From NCBI GenBank assembly GCA_028023455.1, contig JAQFVV010000003.1:5022001-5086000 (forward strand): DNA of 64,000 nt. The letters are read 5' to 3'. The notes under the pieces were generated by a model, which saw only the letters and a program-made list of their open reading frames with translations, was not told where the DNA came from and ran no database searches. Of the stretch, positions 39,449 to 52,560 are shown piece by piece. Every line of letters begins with the position of its first letter. Position 1 is the first letter of the stretch. The translations under genes and the position numbers were made by a program. This DNA is from Epiperipatus broadwayi (Eukaryota > Animalia > Onychophora).

Positions 39449-42400
39449 TTAAGTTATCCTTAAACTCTTCTGGTAAATGTTTTATCTTTGCATTAGAATT
39501 TGTTACAAGTATATTTCTGCCATACAACCATATGCTAGATTATATTAAATTTTATATGAACAAATCTCAATATTTTATTTACAGTTATCCAATATTGTTA
39601 AATGCTACTTAGTACAAAAATTAGACCAATCTTTTACATGACATAGTTATTTTTGTGAAAGTTATGAAAAAAATGTATTTATTATTGAATACACAATCAT
39701 GTTGGTAAAAGATTGGTTAGTTTTCCACAGTAATATGAATAGTATTAATAAACAATTTTAAGTTGTATCTGTCAAGTGAACATGAGATTCCTTCCATCAT
39801 CATCATCTTTTTCCTTCTTCATACTGTGAAATTCTTGGCTAATTATAAATAAATGTATTTTTAATATGATAAAGGATGAAAGAGTAGACTAAGGAATATA
39901 TTCATATATTAATAATTGAAACTATGCCTTTATTTATATAAAGTGTTTATTTTAAAATAAGTTTAATAATTTTCATAACCATAGGAAAATTTATTAGCCC
40001 ATGGTAATTAACAAAATAATTCATCATTTAAAAAAAAAAATTATTTGAAGAATATCTACTGGGGGCAAGAAAACAATGTATTAGGCTATAAAAAAAATAA
40101 TCATTTATATTTAGACTTTTTATAAATCAAAAATTAGTAAACAGAATTAGCACAATTTTTTTAAAAATAGCCAAGTGACTTGCTAGTAAAGTTACTATTA
40201 ATTTATGATTATCTTGTAATTTTCATCTCTTTCTTATTAAAATCTAATTTACATATTTGAGTAGCCCCACCAAATCTGTGCTATCATTATATGCAGTGTC
40301 AGTAATTCCCGATTTGAAAAAAAATAAAAAATAAAAAATTGAAATTCAGTAATTACATGCATGCCTGCTTGCTGTATGAGAAGCAACATAAAATCATTTT
40401 TATCCACGTTTTTTCTCATCTCACAACTTAATCACATATAGACATTTTTTTATCTCGCCATTTTCACATCCATAAATTATTAAAAAAAATAGTTTGAAAA
40501 AACGCAAGGTACAATGTTAATGATTTTAAATGAAAAAATTAATTTAGCAATGAAAGAAGAAAAGCCATATATCAAAGGTAAATGAATGTTCAATAAAAAT
40601 GAACCATCAATATTTGAAATAATGCACATATGTGCTTTCTCTCTCCTTCAATTTATTACTATACTATATTTTAATACCTCAATTTGGTTTTTTGTTAATT
40701 ATTTTTGTAGATATGTTATATGACAAACATACGTATATGTATATATCACATATTAAAAATATAACATACGATTCATTATGTAAAGATTTGGAATTAAATC
40801 TGCATATGTAGACGGTTGCTGTATACTGTAAGTTCACAAACAAATATTTGGGAAAAAATACTTTAATGACAATAGAATTTAAACATTTTAACATTGACGT
40901 TTAACTTACATATTTGTTTTTCAAATATACAATTACTAAAAAAAAAAAAAACACAATTATGTAATTGTTTTTACAATTTTTTTTCTTGTAAAATAAAATG
41001 TATATATATATTTTAATTTAGACAATACCTTGTTACACAACGTCATTATTTTAGTTACTATTTATCTAAATATATATATTTTAAAAATATTTTCATATTA
41101 TTTTCTATAAAAATTAATGTCAGATGTTTTTAGTTTATATTATTCATTTTATCCTCTTTCCAACAATAATATATTAATTTATTATTATTAATAATCTATA
41201 TCTATGTTAAGATTTTAAAGAGAATTTAAAGTTATTTGTTAAAAAAACAAAATTTAGGAAAACTTCTGATTGATATAAATATGTGGGACATCATTCGACT
41301 TCTTGTAGGACATCATTCGACCACTTAATTCGACTATCTTCTACAAATTGCACACCTATATAAACCAATCAGATAAAACATTTGATTAGTTGTAATTTTA
41401 TCTTTTAAATAGGTTATTAAGATTTGTATTATATCTTATTAGTGAAAAATTGAAGTCCAGAAAAATGCAGAGGAAAAAAAAGTAATAAATTCTTTAAAAA
41501 TTTAAATAATATTATTTTAAAATAGCTTTCTTCAAATGAGATGCCAAACATGTATAGATTAAAAATTAAAATGTTGTGATTTTCTCTTGCAGTTAATTAT
41601 TTTGCAGGACTGATATTTTGGATGGATCTCACCCATCATATTTACAATTCAGATATTACTTAAATAATGGCATTTAAGATCTATTTAAAATAGACGATAG
41701 TAAATATAAACACATACATGAAAATAAATGAACACTTTATTCACATTTTCACTTGTAAAAACCTTCATTTTAACATTCATATTTAAAAAAAGCCCATACA
41801 TGTAAACCAATATATCAAAATACACATTTTTATTTTCATAAATATATCACTTGTAATCTTTATATAAAATATGCATATTTTATGATCAATTACAAAGATA
41901 AGTGCTTGATATATAATGACTGAATAAATGTCGGTGTTTGGAAATAGTTACTATGATTGCAATATTAGAATATGAAAAACTTTCTTTCTGAAATTTTTAT
42001 TTGCTAATTAAAACATTTTACTGTGCTACTCATTTATTTTATTAGAATCATTTGCATTGGAATTTTTCATTAATAAGTCTTACTACTGAAGCTTCATCCT
42101 CAATATTAAGTGCTATATAAATTTAGTAATTAAATTTCTATCTTGTTTTGAAAATAAAATGAGCAATAATAATCCATTTTATATAACTAGTCTAAATCCA
42201 TTTGTGTAAGCTTAAGTTATCAAAGGATGTTAAGTGCTAATCGGATCCCCAAGATAGCATCTGGTTATTGGCTTTGAGTAATGATGAGCACTAGATTACA
42301 CATGTTGTTAAAGGATTAAAAAATGCATACTGTTTCACAAGTGTTTAAAATAAATAGTTATTTATCTATTGCCACATAGTATAATAGAAATAAAGTTATA

Positions 42401-45400
42401 TGTATTTTAGTTTCTCTCATTAATAAAGGTTAATGGCTAGAAACTAATGCGGTGATTTGGTTGGCACTTTCTAGTACCCATTAATAATTTGCTTACTTGG
42501 ACAGTTCTAAAATAAAAGTGATTACTAATATTAATGTACTATGTATGTGACAGTTTAATTTCATTAAGAAAAAGCACTTTCCTGCATAGATAAATAATTT
42601 TTTGAATAAAAAAAATAATTCAGTTTTATAATTGGTAAGGATAAAATGAAATCATAAAAATATCTATTTTTCTCTTTCTCTCTTTTTTTAAAGAAAAATG
42701 TCTAAAAATTATTTTGGAATTTTTTTGTGATTGAGATTTGACAAAATTAAAAAATTCGAATCCATTGCATATATATGTTGAAAGATATATAAATAGTAAC
42801 TAAAATAATATAAAAATAAAATAAATGACAAAAATGAAAACTTATATTTATACCAGCAATCAACAAAGTGAAAGTTTTTTTTTCTTTATAGATTATTTTA
42901 CTGCTTTTTATTATTATTCTTATTTTTTACTGGAAACTCCTGGCTATATAACTTTTTTCTTTCTGCTTTGTTATTATTATTATTTTTTTCAAATTAATTT
43001 TATCTATATTTGTGGATAAGATTAATAAATTGTATATATTCAAAGTATAGATGATTTATCCCGCCTCCTGCCATTTACATAATGGGAAAAAACAATTCAA
43101 TAAACATGCATAATTATATAAATTTATGAGCTTTTTATTCTGTAAAATGTTCATATAAAGTGATAATATCCACATTGAAATCTACAATTCTGCATTTTTA
43201 TAAAAAAATAATTTACTTCAGAGAAAAGTTTAGGTCTAAATGATATATGTACACACCATGAATAATATATATAACTCTTGAAAAAGATATATATTTTTCT
43301 TGTTTCTTTTTAGATGAGGAATACATATAAATGGGAGGAGGGAATTATGCAATAATACCATTTTTGTAAATATGCTCCGGATTTAACGAATGAAGCAATT
43401 TTGAGATTAATGAAATTAATTACATGACATTTATGAACTTGCCTCTTAAAAAAAAAAAAAACAGTAATCGTGAAATCCTAATATATGTTAGATAAACTAA
43501 ACTGAACTTTGGAGTTCTATTCTGTCCGACTATATAAAAATTTTTATTTAATAAATATACAGGAAATTAAAATTTCTATGATATATATAGTGATTTTGAC
43601 TGTGTATATTTGTTGCTTAAACTACTAGTAAATTTATCCATGACTTGATTATTACTTGCATAGAGTCATTGATCGCTTCTATTTGCTCACAATTTGAGAC
43701 TGGTAAGCTATGCAATCTAATTTTATACTAAAAGATTATCCAAGACTAGTATTTACATCAAAAGTATGCATAGCATATTTTGATTTGCAATATAATTTAA
43801 AAATTAAGCAAGCAATATATATATATTTATAAATGAAAATAGGTAATTTTACATTTTTACAAGAGTACCAGCTCTTGTATAATATATAATTAAAATTTAT
43901 ATTTTACCACACATACTTTAAATTCATATATAAAAACGCCCAAAAAAGAATATTCACTCTCAAGATGCATTTCTAATTGAACCAACACTTTTTTATTGGT
44001 CCAGATCACAGTCTCTCACATATCTGAGTGCTGGAAATTTAGCATTTGTAGATTAAAGTACAGAAATTAGATTTAGTAGATCTTTTTAAAGAATTTAAAT
44101 ATCTTAAAAAGGAGTGTGATTGGTTATTAAGATTTTTTTTTTTTTTTAAAGTTTCCAATTGTAAAATTAATAATCATATGACTCCCATAGTTTTGCTGTA
44201 TTTATATTGATTAAAAGTTATTTTTTTACAATAAATTATTATTTTGGTTATAAAATTTATATCTGTGACTATTTTTACATATATACATTTCTAAGAATAA
44301 ATCAAATATTATTAGGAATGATTCCAAATGACTTACTTTAAGATTACTGCATTTTTATTTCTCTTCATTTGCTGTCCTGAATAGGAAACTATTATGCAAT
44401 TCGTTAAGTATTTGGTTATATAAAGATTTGCTCCAGATTTTCTTTCTTACAAATTTTGGGCTTGAAAATATTTAAATGTAAATGTGAAACTAATATTGCC
44501 CCTCTCTCACTTTATCAATCACTCTCTCTTTTGGCGCTCGAACCTCTTATGAACTCTCGAGCAATAAAGCCCATAGATTACTTTACTTTCAAAAGAGAGA
44601 GTTAAACCATGGATATGTTTTAACTATAGAATAGAAATCTTCACATAATTGTTTATGGAATCGGTTTTCACTTTTTTTAAAAAAAACTACGATTTTTTTT
44701 TTTAAAAAATAAATATCACTATTTATACAAGTAGTTGAATATATATATATGGATATGACATAAAAATAATAATTGAACAGTTAGCTTTTTGGAAGGTAAT
44801 TTGACATTTGAGCACTGAAAATGACAGATTGAACTTTGATTCAAGAATCTTTAACTCTCAAGTCCATCATTCTATTATTAAACATGCACAGTATTAATAA
44901 TACATTTTTTCACGTTGTTTAAGAAAAAAGAATATTTTATCTAAATTAACATAATTTGGGGGCGGGGCATGCTTTACACAAAATCCTGATCTATAACTTC
45001 TTGTGTGTGTGGATATATACAGAAATATAGTCTAAATTTAAAATACAATTATATATAAAATGCACATTAAAAATTTATCATTATATATGAAAAGGATTAT
45101 GTTTTTTAAACATAGGTAGTCTAGCAGCCAGGATACCTACATTAAAGACATAATCTCTTAGAAAATTAATATTTACAAGATATACGTCATATTTTTTTGA
45201 TATGCTTTGTCTTGGATAGCAAACTCATACTACCCGGCATATGTTTATATGTTATATCTAGATGCTGTCAAGTAACTAGTTACACACTGTGTGTATATAT
45301 AAACAAATTATTATTATATGCTTAAAATGCATACGTATAATATAAAATTGTTTTTATAAAATGTAATTTACTACACTGCGATTTATAGTTAATGATTGCA

Positions 45401-45793
45401 TATACATTTATACATGGACATGTTTCAAAACTAAAAAATATAAAATGGATTAATTATTTTTCTGTACGAAATTATCAATTGTAAATTTCAATTATTAATC
45501 ACCAAACTTTGTATAATAATATACATACATATATATATAATTATTTTTTTTTGATATTATGTTAGAAATAGAATTATGAGTTTTTATATCTATCTATGAC
45601 TGGCTTTTGGGTATTTTACTTATATAAAAGACATTAAGTATGAACTCAATATTGCTTCACTTTTACATATTTATATATTTTAAAACTAAAACTCAAATTT
45701 TATTTTATTTTTTTTCCTGTAAATATTTATAGTAAAATTAATAGAAAAATATCTATCAAAAAGTAATTTTTGGCATAATATTAAAATTGCAGG

Positions 45794-46008
45794 CTAATCT
45801 GGTGAGTCTAGCTCATGACAATCTCGATTAAGTCCTCTAATGTGAACATACTGAACCATCTTATTTCCATCTAATGTTCCATCACGACACCATGGCTTTG
45901 CAAATAGTCCTTCTACTTCTTCTAGACTTTTACCTTTTGTTTCTGGTAGCAGGAAAAAAATAAAAATAAATCCTAATATTGCTAGGCCAGTATAAAGCCA
46001 AAATGTTC
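45794..46008 (-). CDS. SLC2A13: Proton myo-inositol cotransporter (HMIT)-like MFS sugar transporter, last coding exon
   Basis: Acceptor ttgttacag at 46009, phase 1. Reads (G)TFWLYTGLAILGFIFIFFLLPETKGKSLEEVEGLFAKPWCRDGTLDGNKMVQYVHIRGLNRDCHELDSPD*; PETKG sugar-porter motif and HMIT-like C-tail; TAG at 45794-45796. Confidence 0.92.
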
Positions 46009-46899
46009 CTGTAACAACAATAAAAAAAAGATGAAAGCAAATAATGAAAAGTAGTCTTAAAAAAATGTTTAATTTTAAATTAATTTAATGTAAAATAATA
46101 TATACTATAACAATTATTAGTTATTAAATTTAGAAAAAAAAGGCCAATTTAAAAACTAAGAAAAAATAAAAAAAAGAATGCTAACACTATGAATTAACAA
46201 AAATCAATCCCATGCTATTAAAATTAGAGAAGTAATGGTAATATTAAATAAACTATTGTAAAAAAATATATATATTAAGGAAATATTAAAAATTAAGAGA
46301 CATTAAAATAAAGTTACTAAGGTAATATAGTGAATAACATAAAATAAGTCAGGTACATTATTAATAATGTTTGGACAATGTGCTTTGAGATCTTATATCA
46401 GTTCATGTAATAAGAATAAAATGGAAATATTAACGAATTTAATCTTTGATACAGCAATTAAGTGCTATTTCTCAATAAAATTTCAAATTGAACACGTTAG
46501 TCAAAGTATAGTAATATTTGCTCACAATTTTCGTTATAAATATTGAACATAAATCCTTTTTATGAAAAAAGTTCATTCAAGTGTCACATTTTAAATCTTG
46601 GATGCCTGAAATAAAATATTATACAATATAGTCTTAATTTGACATAAAATATATTTATGTTTCATATGGCTGAAAATAGATCCTTTGATTCCTTATTACA
46701 AAAACAAAATATATTTATATTCTTGCTCATTTCATACCTTTTTTTACCATTCATGTTGTAGTATAGATAATTTACATACCAACACTTAAGGCATAGCTAC
46801 TGGGTTTCATTTCTGAGCTTGTAACCAAGAATCGACTATTTTTGAAAACGATGAATGAATGTAGCTATAAATATGTTTAAATACTTGTTTTTTTTAAAA

Positions 46900-49190
46900 A
46901 ATATATTTATTCATTCAATTACCACCTATTATTTAAGTATCTATAATTGCATATCATTTTCAAGTGAAGAAAGATTGCACAAATTAGAAGAACTGTCTAA
47001 TGGGACATTTTGGGCCTTTGTCAAATTAGAAGAAAAGGTGAAGAGACAATTGATTTTAAAAAATGTAAAATCAGAAATATTGAAAATGCAAATGGAATAA
47101 GATTCATCATAAATAAAAAACATTTTGGAGATTGATAGTATGTCAGTCAGTGTGGCAAGATTAATTATTTAAATTAATGGAAGATACTCTGGTTTGCACT
47201 GAGTGGCGCTACTGTATGGAGAGTTTTGCCTGTTTTAATAACAGTTATGAGCAAGCATAGTTTAAGATACCAAATGCAGATAATTAAGGTTTATGACCCA
47301 ATAAGTTCTTATTTTGATGAAGAAATAGAGGATTTTTATATGGATGTACATAATGCTCTTATCAAACTAAACAAAATTTAAAAATTATCATAGGAGACTT
47401 AACATTAGAATTGGTACACAATTAAAAGATTAAAATACTGTGACTAAATTTAGTTACACTTGTGGAGCTTGCAGGGGAAAAACCCATGCATATTAGGAAT
47501 TTTATTGAAAAAAATACTGCATAAAAATGGGCATAAAAGCAATTAAGTGAAGGTATAACTAAATTAGATTCTATTTTGATTAATAGAAAATTGTATTTCA
47601 AGATTGTAATGTTCTTAATAGATTTAAATAAGGAATGATTATCAATCAATGAGATGCAAGATATATGTTAATGCAAAACTAAAATGATTGAAAATATTAA
47701 GAAAAAAGTATTAACAGTTAATATTCCTAACCTTCAGAAACACATCAGTGAATTTAAATTAGAATTTGCAAATCATTTTAAAATAATAACATATAAAGAA
47801 GATGGTTTGTACTTAACTGAAATCAATAAAAAGATATCTGATACTCTATTGAGAACTACAAAAAAGATAGGTGGTGCAAAAAAGCAGCAATTTATCTGCA
47901 AATTTTTTTATTGAATCAAACAATATATGAGGAAAAAAGGAATATGAACATTTTAAAACAATGTATTAAGAAGAATTGGATGACTACACTGAGTTTTAAG
48001 ATTATTATAAAAAAGAGTTAATGATAACAAAACATAAATGTGAATTGGAATGAAAATTATAAAGAAGAATACATTTCCAAAAATGTAAAACAAAATCTTG
48101 ATATTGGTAGGAAAATTGTTTTAGCATAAGAAAAAAAGATTGCTAAAAAGAGAGATGTCATGAAATGTGTGAACAAGTTCTATAAAGAATTATACAGTAA
48201 AAAAGAATAAGAAATTGTCAGGTATTTTAAATAAAGAGGTAAGACATGCAATTAAATCTATGAAGAAAGATCAAACTCAAAAAATTATGTAATTATTATT
48301 GACATTTTAAAAGAAGCTGTAGAAGAAATATTAAAAAAATTGTTGACAATCCTACATACCAAATGTCTAAATGATAAGATCTATCAGATAATTGGAAAAA
48401 TGCAGAAGTAATTTTGATATTTAAGAAAGGTGATAAAGAAAATATTAGAAATTACATACCTATCAATCTTCTATCAATTCTGTATAAAATCTTTACCAAG
48501 ATAATTACAACTCATTTACAGCAAATTTTAGATTTTAACCAAGTAAAATAACAAGTAGGATTTAAAAGTGATTTTAGCAATGTGGATCACATCTAAAAAT
48601 TGAGATGAGTTATAGAAAAAAGTAATAAATATGAGTTGTCATTATATTTTGGATTTGTGGATTATGAAAAGACATTTGATTCTATAAGCATTTCTTCAGT
48701 GATTAAAGCATTTGTTTTTTTATAAGATATAGACCCAAGATACTGTTATATTCCAAAAACTATTTATCAAAATGCAATAGCCATGATTGAATTACAGTTA
48801 TGTTAAAAAGATTTAACATTGAGAAGGGTATGTGACAGAGGGATTTCATATCTCTAAAACTTTTGTTTTACAAGAAGTATTTTGTGTCTAAAATGGGAAG
48901 CTAAGGGAGTAAAAATAAATGGAAATTATTTAATTCATTTAGATTTTAAAGATGATATGATTATATTTGCAAATAATGTTTCAAAGCTCCAAGAAATGTT
49001 ATGAGAGTTATCAGATGAAAGTAAAGAAAGTAGATCTAAAGATAACTGCCACAAAGATTAAAAACTAAGGTTTAATGGATTTTCTTAGCCAAAAAAAAAA
49101 TAAAGATTGATAATTATGAATTAGAAAAAGTCCATGATCAAATTATTAATACAAATAAAAATATAATAGATGAAGTTAATACATTTAAAA
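46900..49190 (+). mobile_element. Decayed, near-full-length RTE-1-like LINE ORF (APE + RT), antisense in the SLC2A13 intron
   Basis: IIKVYDPISSYFDEEIEDFY; IIGD; WKNAEVILIFKKGDKENIRNYIPINLLSILYKIFTKII; FVDYEKTFDSI; LDFKDDMIIF (48939-48970). Confidence 0.9.
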
Positions 49191-49194
49191 AAAA

Positions 49195-49490
49195 ATCTCT
49201 AACAATCTGTTGGCAACCAATTTAAAAGTTTAACTATCTCTTCTAACAATAAGTCTATCCTATCCTAATTACAATTTCTTAATTCTTTCTTTAATAACAA
49301 TAATACTCATCCATGTATTTCATTTTCAATCTTTTTTTGTTATTCTAATATACATCTCTTTTTACTTCATCTGGTAGTCTGAAATTTTTGTATTGCTCTT
49401 CTGTTAAGTGCCCAAATCTCAGATCCATAAGTGAAAATTGGTAAAACACATATCAAACTTCCTTTTTTCAAATACATAAATTATAATAAA
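49195..49490 (-). mobile_element. Inverted 3' segment of the same RTE element
   Basis: Minus strand reads CVLPIFTYGSEIWALN and, later, a WLP remnant: the sequence that normally follows the point where the plus-strand part stops. Confidence 0.75.
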
Positions 49491-49631
49491 TAATAAAATC
49501 ATGTACTACAGCTATAGAAACATATATTAATAATAATTTAATACAGAGAGCATACCAATAGCTCAAACAAGCTCTTAATTAATAAGTGCAGTATGAGAAA
49601 ATATTTAAAATCTCTATCCAGAATCTTCCCA

Positions 49632-49677
49632 TCTCCAGACCAACTGGTTTCGAGCTTATGGCTCATGTCAGTGGAGA
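49632..49677 (-). ncRNA. Type I minimal hammerhead ribozyme-like motif, copy 1
   Basis: TCTCCA-CTGACAT-GAGC-CATAA-GCTC-GAA-ACC-AGTT-GGT-C-TGGAGA: stems I, II and III all pair and the site is GUC. The core CUGACAU deviates from CUGANGA. Confidence 0.75.
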
Positions 49678-50050
49678 GCTAGAATATTCAGATACTAGAT
49701 CTAAAATATCAACTCAAAACCCAGCACTTATTTCATATGTAATATTTAAGTAGAAACTCTGAAATTTTCAGACATGAAAATGTCTTTAAATCCAGTTATC
49801 TAACTTAAATAGCTATATGGGACTGAACTAAATTCATATCTACCATCTTTTAATAGCTTCAGCATAGCCAAAGCCTTAAAGGTAAAATTATAATAATCAA
49901 AAAAGCAAGTCATATATAACATGACATTACTTTTATAAGCTTGTATTTACAAAAATGTAATACAGAGAGTGTACCAATAGCTCAAAAAAGCTCTTAATTG
50001 ATAAGTACGGTATGAGAAAATATTTAAAATCTCTATCTAGAACCTTCCCA

Positions 50051-50096
50051 TCACCAGACAAACTGATTTCGAGCTTATGGCTCATGTCAGTGGAGA
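50051..50096 (-). ncRNA. Hammerhead-like motif, copy 2 (degenerate)
   Basis: Same layout as copy 1, but stem III is broken (ATC/TGT) and stem I has one mismatch. Confidence 0.6.
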
Positions 50097-50338
50097 ACTA
50101 GAATATTCAGACACTAGATCTAAAATATCAACTCAAAACCCAGCACTTATTTCATACATAATTAAAATATGGTAGATCTGAATTTAGTTCAGTCCCATAT
50201 AGCTATTTAAGTTAGATAGCAAGATTCAAAGACATTTTTATGTCCGAAAATTTCAGAGTTTCTACTTAAATATTACGTATAAAATGAAGTGCTGGATTTG
50301 GAGTTGATATTTTAGATCTAGTGTCTGAATATTCTAGC

Positions 50339-50384
50339 TTTCCACTGACGTGAGCCATTAGCTCAAAACCAGTTGGTCTGGAGA
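50339..50384 (+). ncRNA. Hammerhead-like motif, copy 3
   Basis: TTTCCA-CTGACGT-GAGC-CATTA-GCTC-AAA-ACC-AGTT-GGT-C-TGGAGA; retains G8 but has G12A. Confidence 0.65.
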
Positions 50385-50754
50385 TGGAAAGTCTCTGGAT
50401 AGAGATTTTAAATATTTTCTCATACTGCATTTATCAATTAAGATCTTGTTTGAACTATTGGTACACTCTCTGTATTACATTTTCATAAATACAAGCTTAT
50501 AAAAATGTCACATTATATATGACTTGCTTTTTTGATTATTATAATTTTACCTTTAAGGCTTTAGCTATTCTGAGGCTATTAAAATATGGTAGATCTGAAT
50601 TTAGTTCAGTCCCATATAGCTATTTAAGCTAGATAGCTGGATTTAAAGACATTTTCATGTCTGAAAATTTCAGAGTTTCTACTTAAATATTATGTATGAA
50701 ATAAGTGCTTGGTTTTGAGTTGATATTTTAGATCTAGTGTCTGAATATTCTAGC

Positions 50755-50800
50755 TCTCCACTGATATGAGCCATAAGCTTGAAACCAATGGGTCAGGAGA
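50755..50800 (+). ncRNA. Hammerhead-like motif, copy 4
   Basis: TCTCCA-CTGATAT-GAGC-CATAA-GCTT-GAA-ACC-AATG-GGT-C-AGGAGA. Confidence 0.65.
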
Positions 50801-51698
50801 GGGAAGATTCTGGATAGAGATTTTAAACATTTTCTCATGTCGCACTTATCAATTAAGAGCTTGTTTGAACTATTGGTACACTCTCTGTATTACATTTGTG
50901 TAAATACAAGCTTATAAAAGTAATGTCATATTATATATGACTTGCTTTTTTGATTATCATATTAATAATAATTATACATAAAAAGCCCTTTTCATTACAT
51001 GGTTTTGTACTCTTTTCAAAAGTTAATCATCTATTTTAACATTAATCAATTATTGCAAATACAATATAATCTAATGTTCTATAATGGGAATTAAATAATA
51101 ACAATATCAAAATAAAACATCAATAAAATAGAATAAAACTTTCATATAGAAATCCAGCATAATTTCAAAGAATTGATTATATAACATAATATACACAGAA
51201 TAAATAATAAGTTTATATAAACTATCTTATATAATTACCATTCATTTTTAATTGACCAGTTGTTAACTAAATTTATTGTAAATACACATTTATATTGACA
51301 TATATAAACTTTATAAAATTTATAAATATTCATTCAATTATTTAAGTTATGTTTAATGTAATTTGTTTCATATATTTGTTTTATTTTTAGAATTCCAAGA
51401 TAATTTAAAGGTTTAATATTTTTTGTAGCATCTATTTTATGTCCATATGTTAAGTAATGAATGTATAAAGCAGATTTATCATCTCACTTATTAATTGCAT
51501 TGTTATTTTCTTTATCTCTTACTTATAATTTAGGTGTGATAAAAACAAATAATGGATTATGACAAATTTTTATCCAAGAAAGGGGTTGCAAGTGTAAAAA
51601 TGTTGTGCACTACTTGTCCAGATTTTACTACTTTACCAAGGTAAAAAGTAATTCAGGGCAAAAATAAACAAATGATTTGTTGTTCAGGAGTTAGTATA

Positions 51699-51776
51699 GT
51701 TTGAGCACTGAAAATGACATACTTTAGTGTCCATGGATCTTGAGCTCTAGAGTGCACTACTCTAACCACTGTGACT
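51699..51776 (-). mobile_element. Possible decayed tRNA-derived SINE head
   Basis: Minus strand begins AGTCACAGTGGTTAGAGTAGTG (A-box-like); shares the identical 20-mer TTTGAGCACTGAAAATGACA with 44807-44826. B box not convincing. Confidence 0.3.
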
Positions 51777-52145
51777 AAAATCTACTATTTAATATTGATA
51801 AGTTATTTAAATTTAGTTACAATGGTTTCCATTAATTTATTTCATAACATTTAAAATGCTGCTAACTATTACTTAAACATGGATCAATTTAAAGTAGTTT
51901 GTTGAAAAATTTTAAAGTCAATCATTGTAAAGTGGACTAAGTACCCAAAAGTATTTTATTATTTTAACAAGTTTTTATATGTCAATATAAATATGTATTT
52001 ACAAATCTTTTTTTTCCTAACAATATTTGCTTTATACATATATATAATATTATTATTTGATGTCAGTATTTTTAAAGCAATACATGTAATTATATAACTG
52101 AATATTTGTAAATACAGTAACTAAATAATTAAAAATTTTATCCAC

Positions 52146-52187
52146 TTAGGAGTGCTTTCGATTATCTCAGTAATCTGTGTCAACTAA
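52146..52187 (-). ncRNA. Minimal hammerhead-like motif, left arm
   Basis: TTAG-TTGACACA-GATTA-CTGAGA-TAATC-GAA-AGCACT-C-CTAA; the stem III palindrome is broken by one transition. Confidence 0.55.
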
Positions 52188-52199
52188 AGCGTTGAAATG

Positions 52200-52560
52200 C
52201 TAACTTTCCCACAATTCTGTGATCTTAACGTTTGCTGCTTGCCTGTTAATTAAGTCATGTTTATATTTATATATTAGCATAGCTTCCTTTATTTTTCTTT
52301 TATTGTTATTTTTTTCAATTTGCAATATTTTTACACTGTTAAAATTGAAGTCAAAACCATAAATACATGATTTATTATGGTTGTAAAAAACAGATGCTGA
52401 AATATTATTATTCACTATGCAATTTTGTTTCGATTTCCAAACTCGTTTTAATAATAGCAAGTGTTCTTTAGTTCTTTTTTCCAATGTACATCTAAATTCA
52501 CCTATATATCCACTGCCACACCTACATATCCATTTATAAATGACACAATTTTTATTTATA
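52200..52560 (-). pseudogene. Penelope-type GIY-YIG endonuclease domain (5'-truncated, open frame)
   Basis: NKNCVIYKWICRCGSGYIGEFRCTLEKRTKEH...DFNFNSVKILQIEKNNNKRKIKEAMLI...INRQ: VIY/YIG motifs, catalytic R and E, and conserved N. Confidence 0.9.

Larger units (their letters stand above)
49539..50958. mobile_element. Inverted cluster of ~418-bp hammerhead-containing units (retrozyme/Penelope-pLTR-like)
   Basis: ~1.5 units in one orientation (period 419; 49540-50160), then ~1.9 units inverted (period 417; 50161-50958). Flanked by the direct repeat ATATTAATAATAATT at 49524-49538 and 50959-50973. Confidence 0.85.

Noticed and set aside
41282-41321. 22-bp two-copy duplication (TGT(G/A)GGACATCATTCGAC)
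   Set aside because: Real but trivial; no associated structure.
46900-49490. Twin-priming explanation for the inverted RTE segment
   Set aside because: The halves converge tail-to-tail, whereas twin priming gives an inverted 5' part diverging from the junction.
51580-51622. Sequence resembling the right end of the hAT MITE at 2919-3309 (TGCAAGTGTAAAAA.GTTGTGCACTAC)
   Set aside because: No matching left end or TSD found; too short to call as an element.
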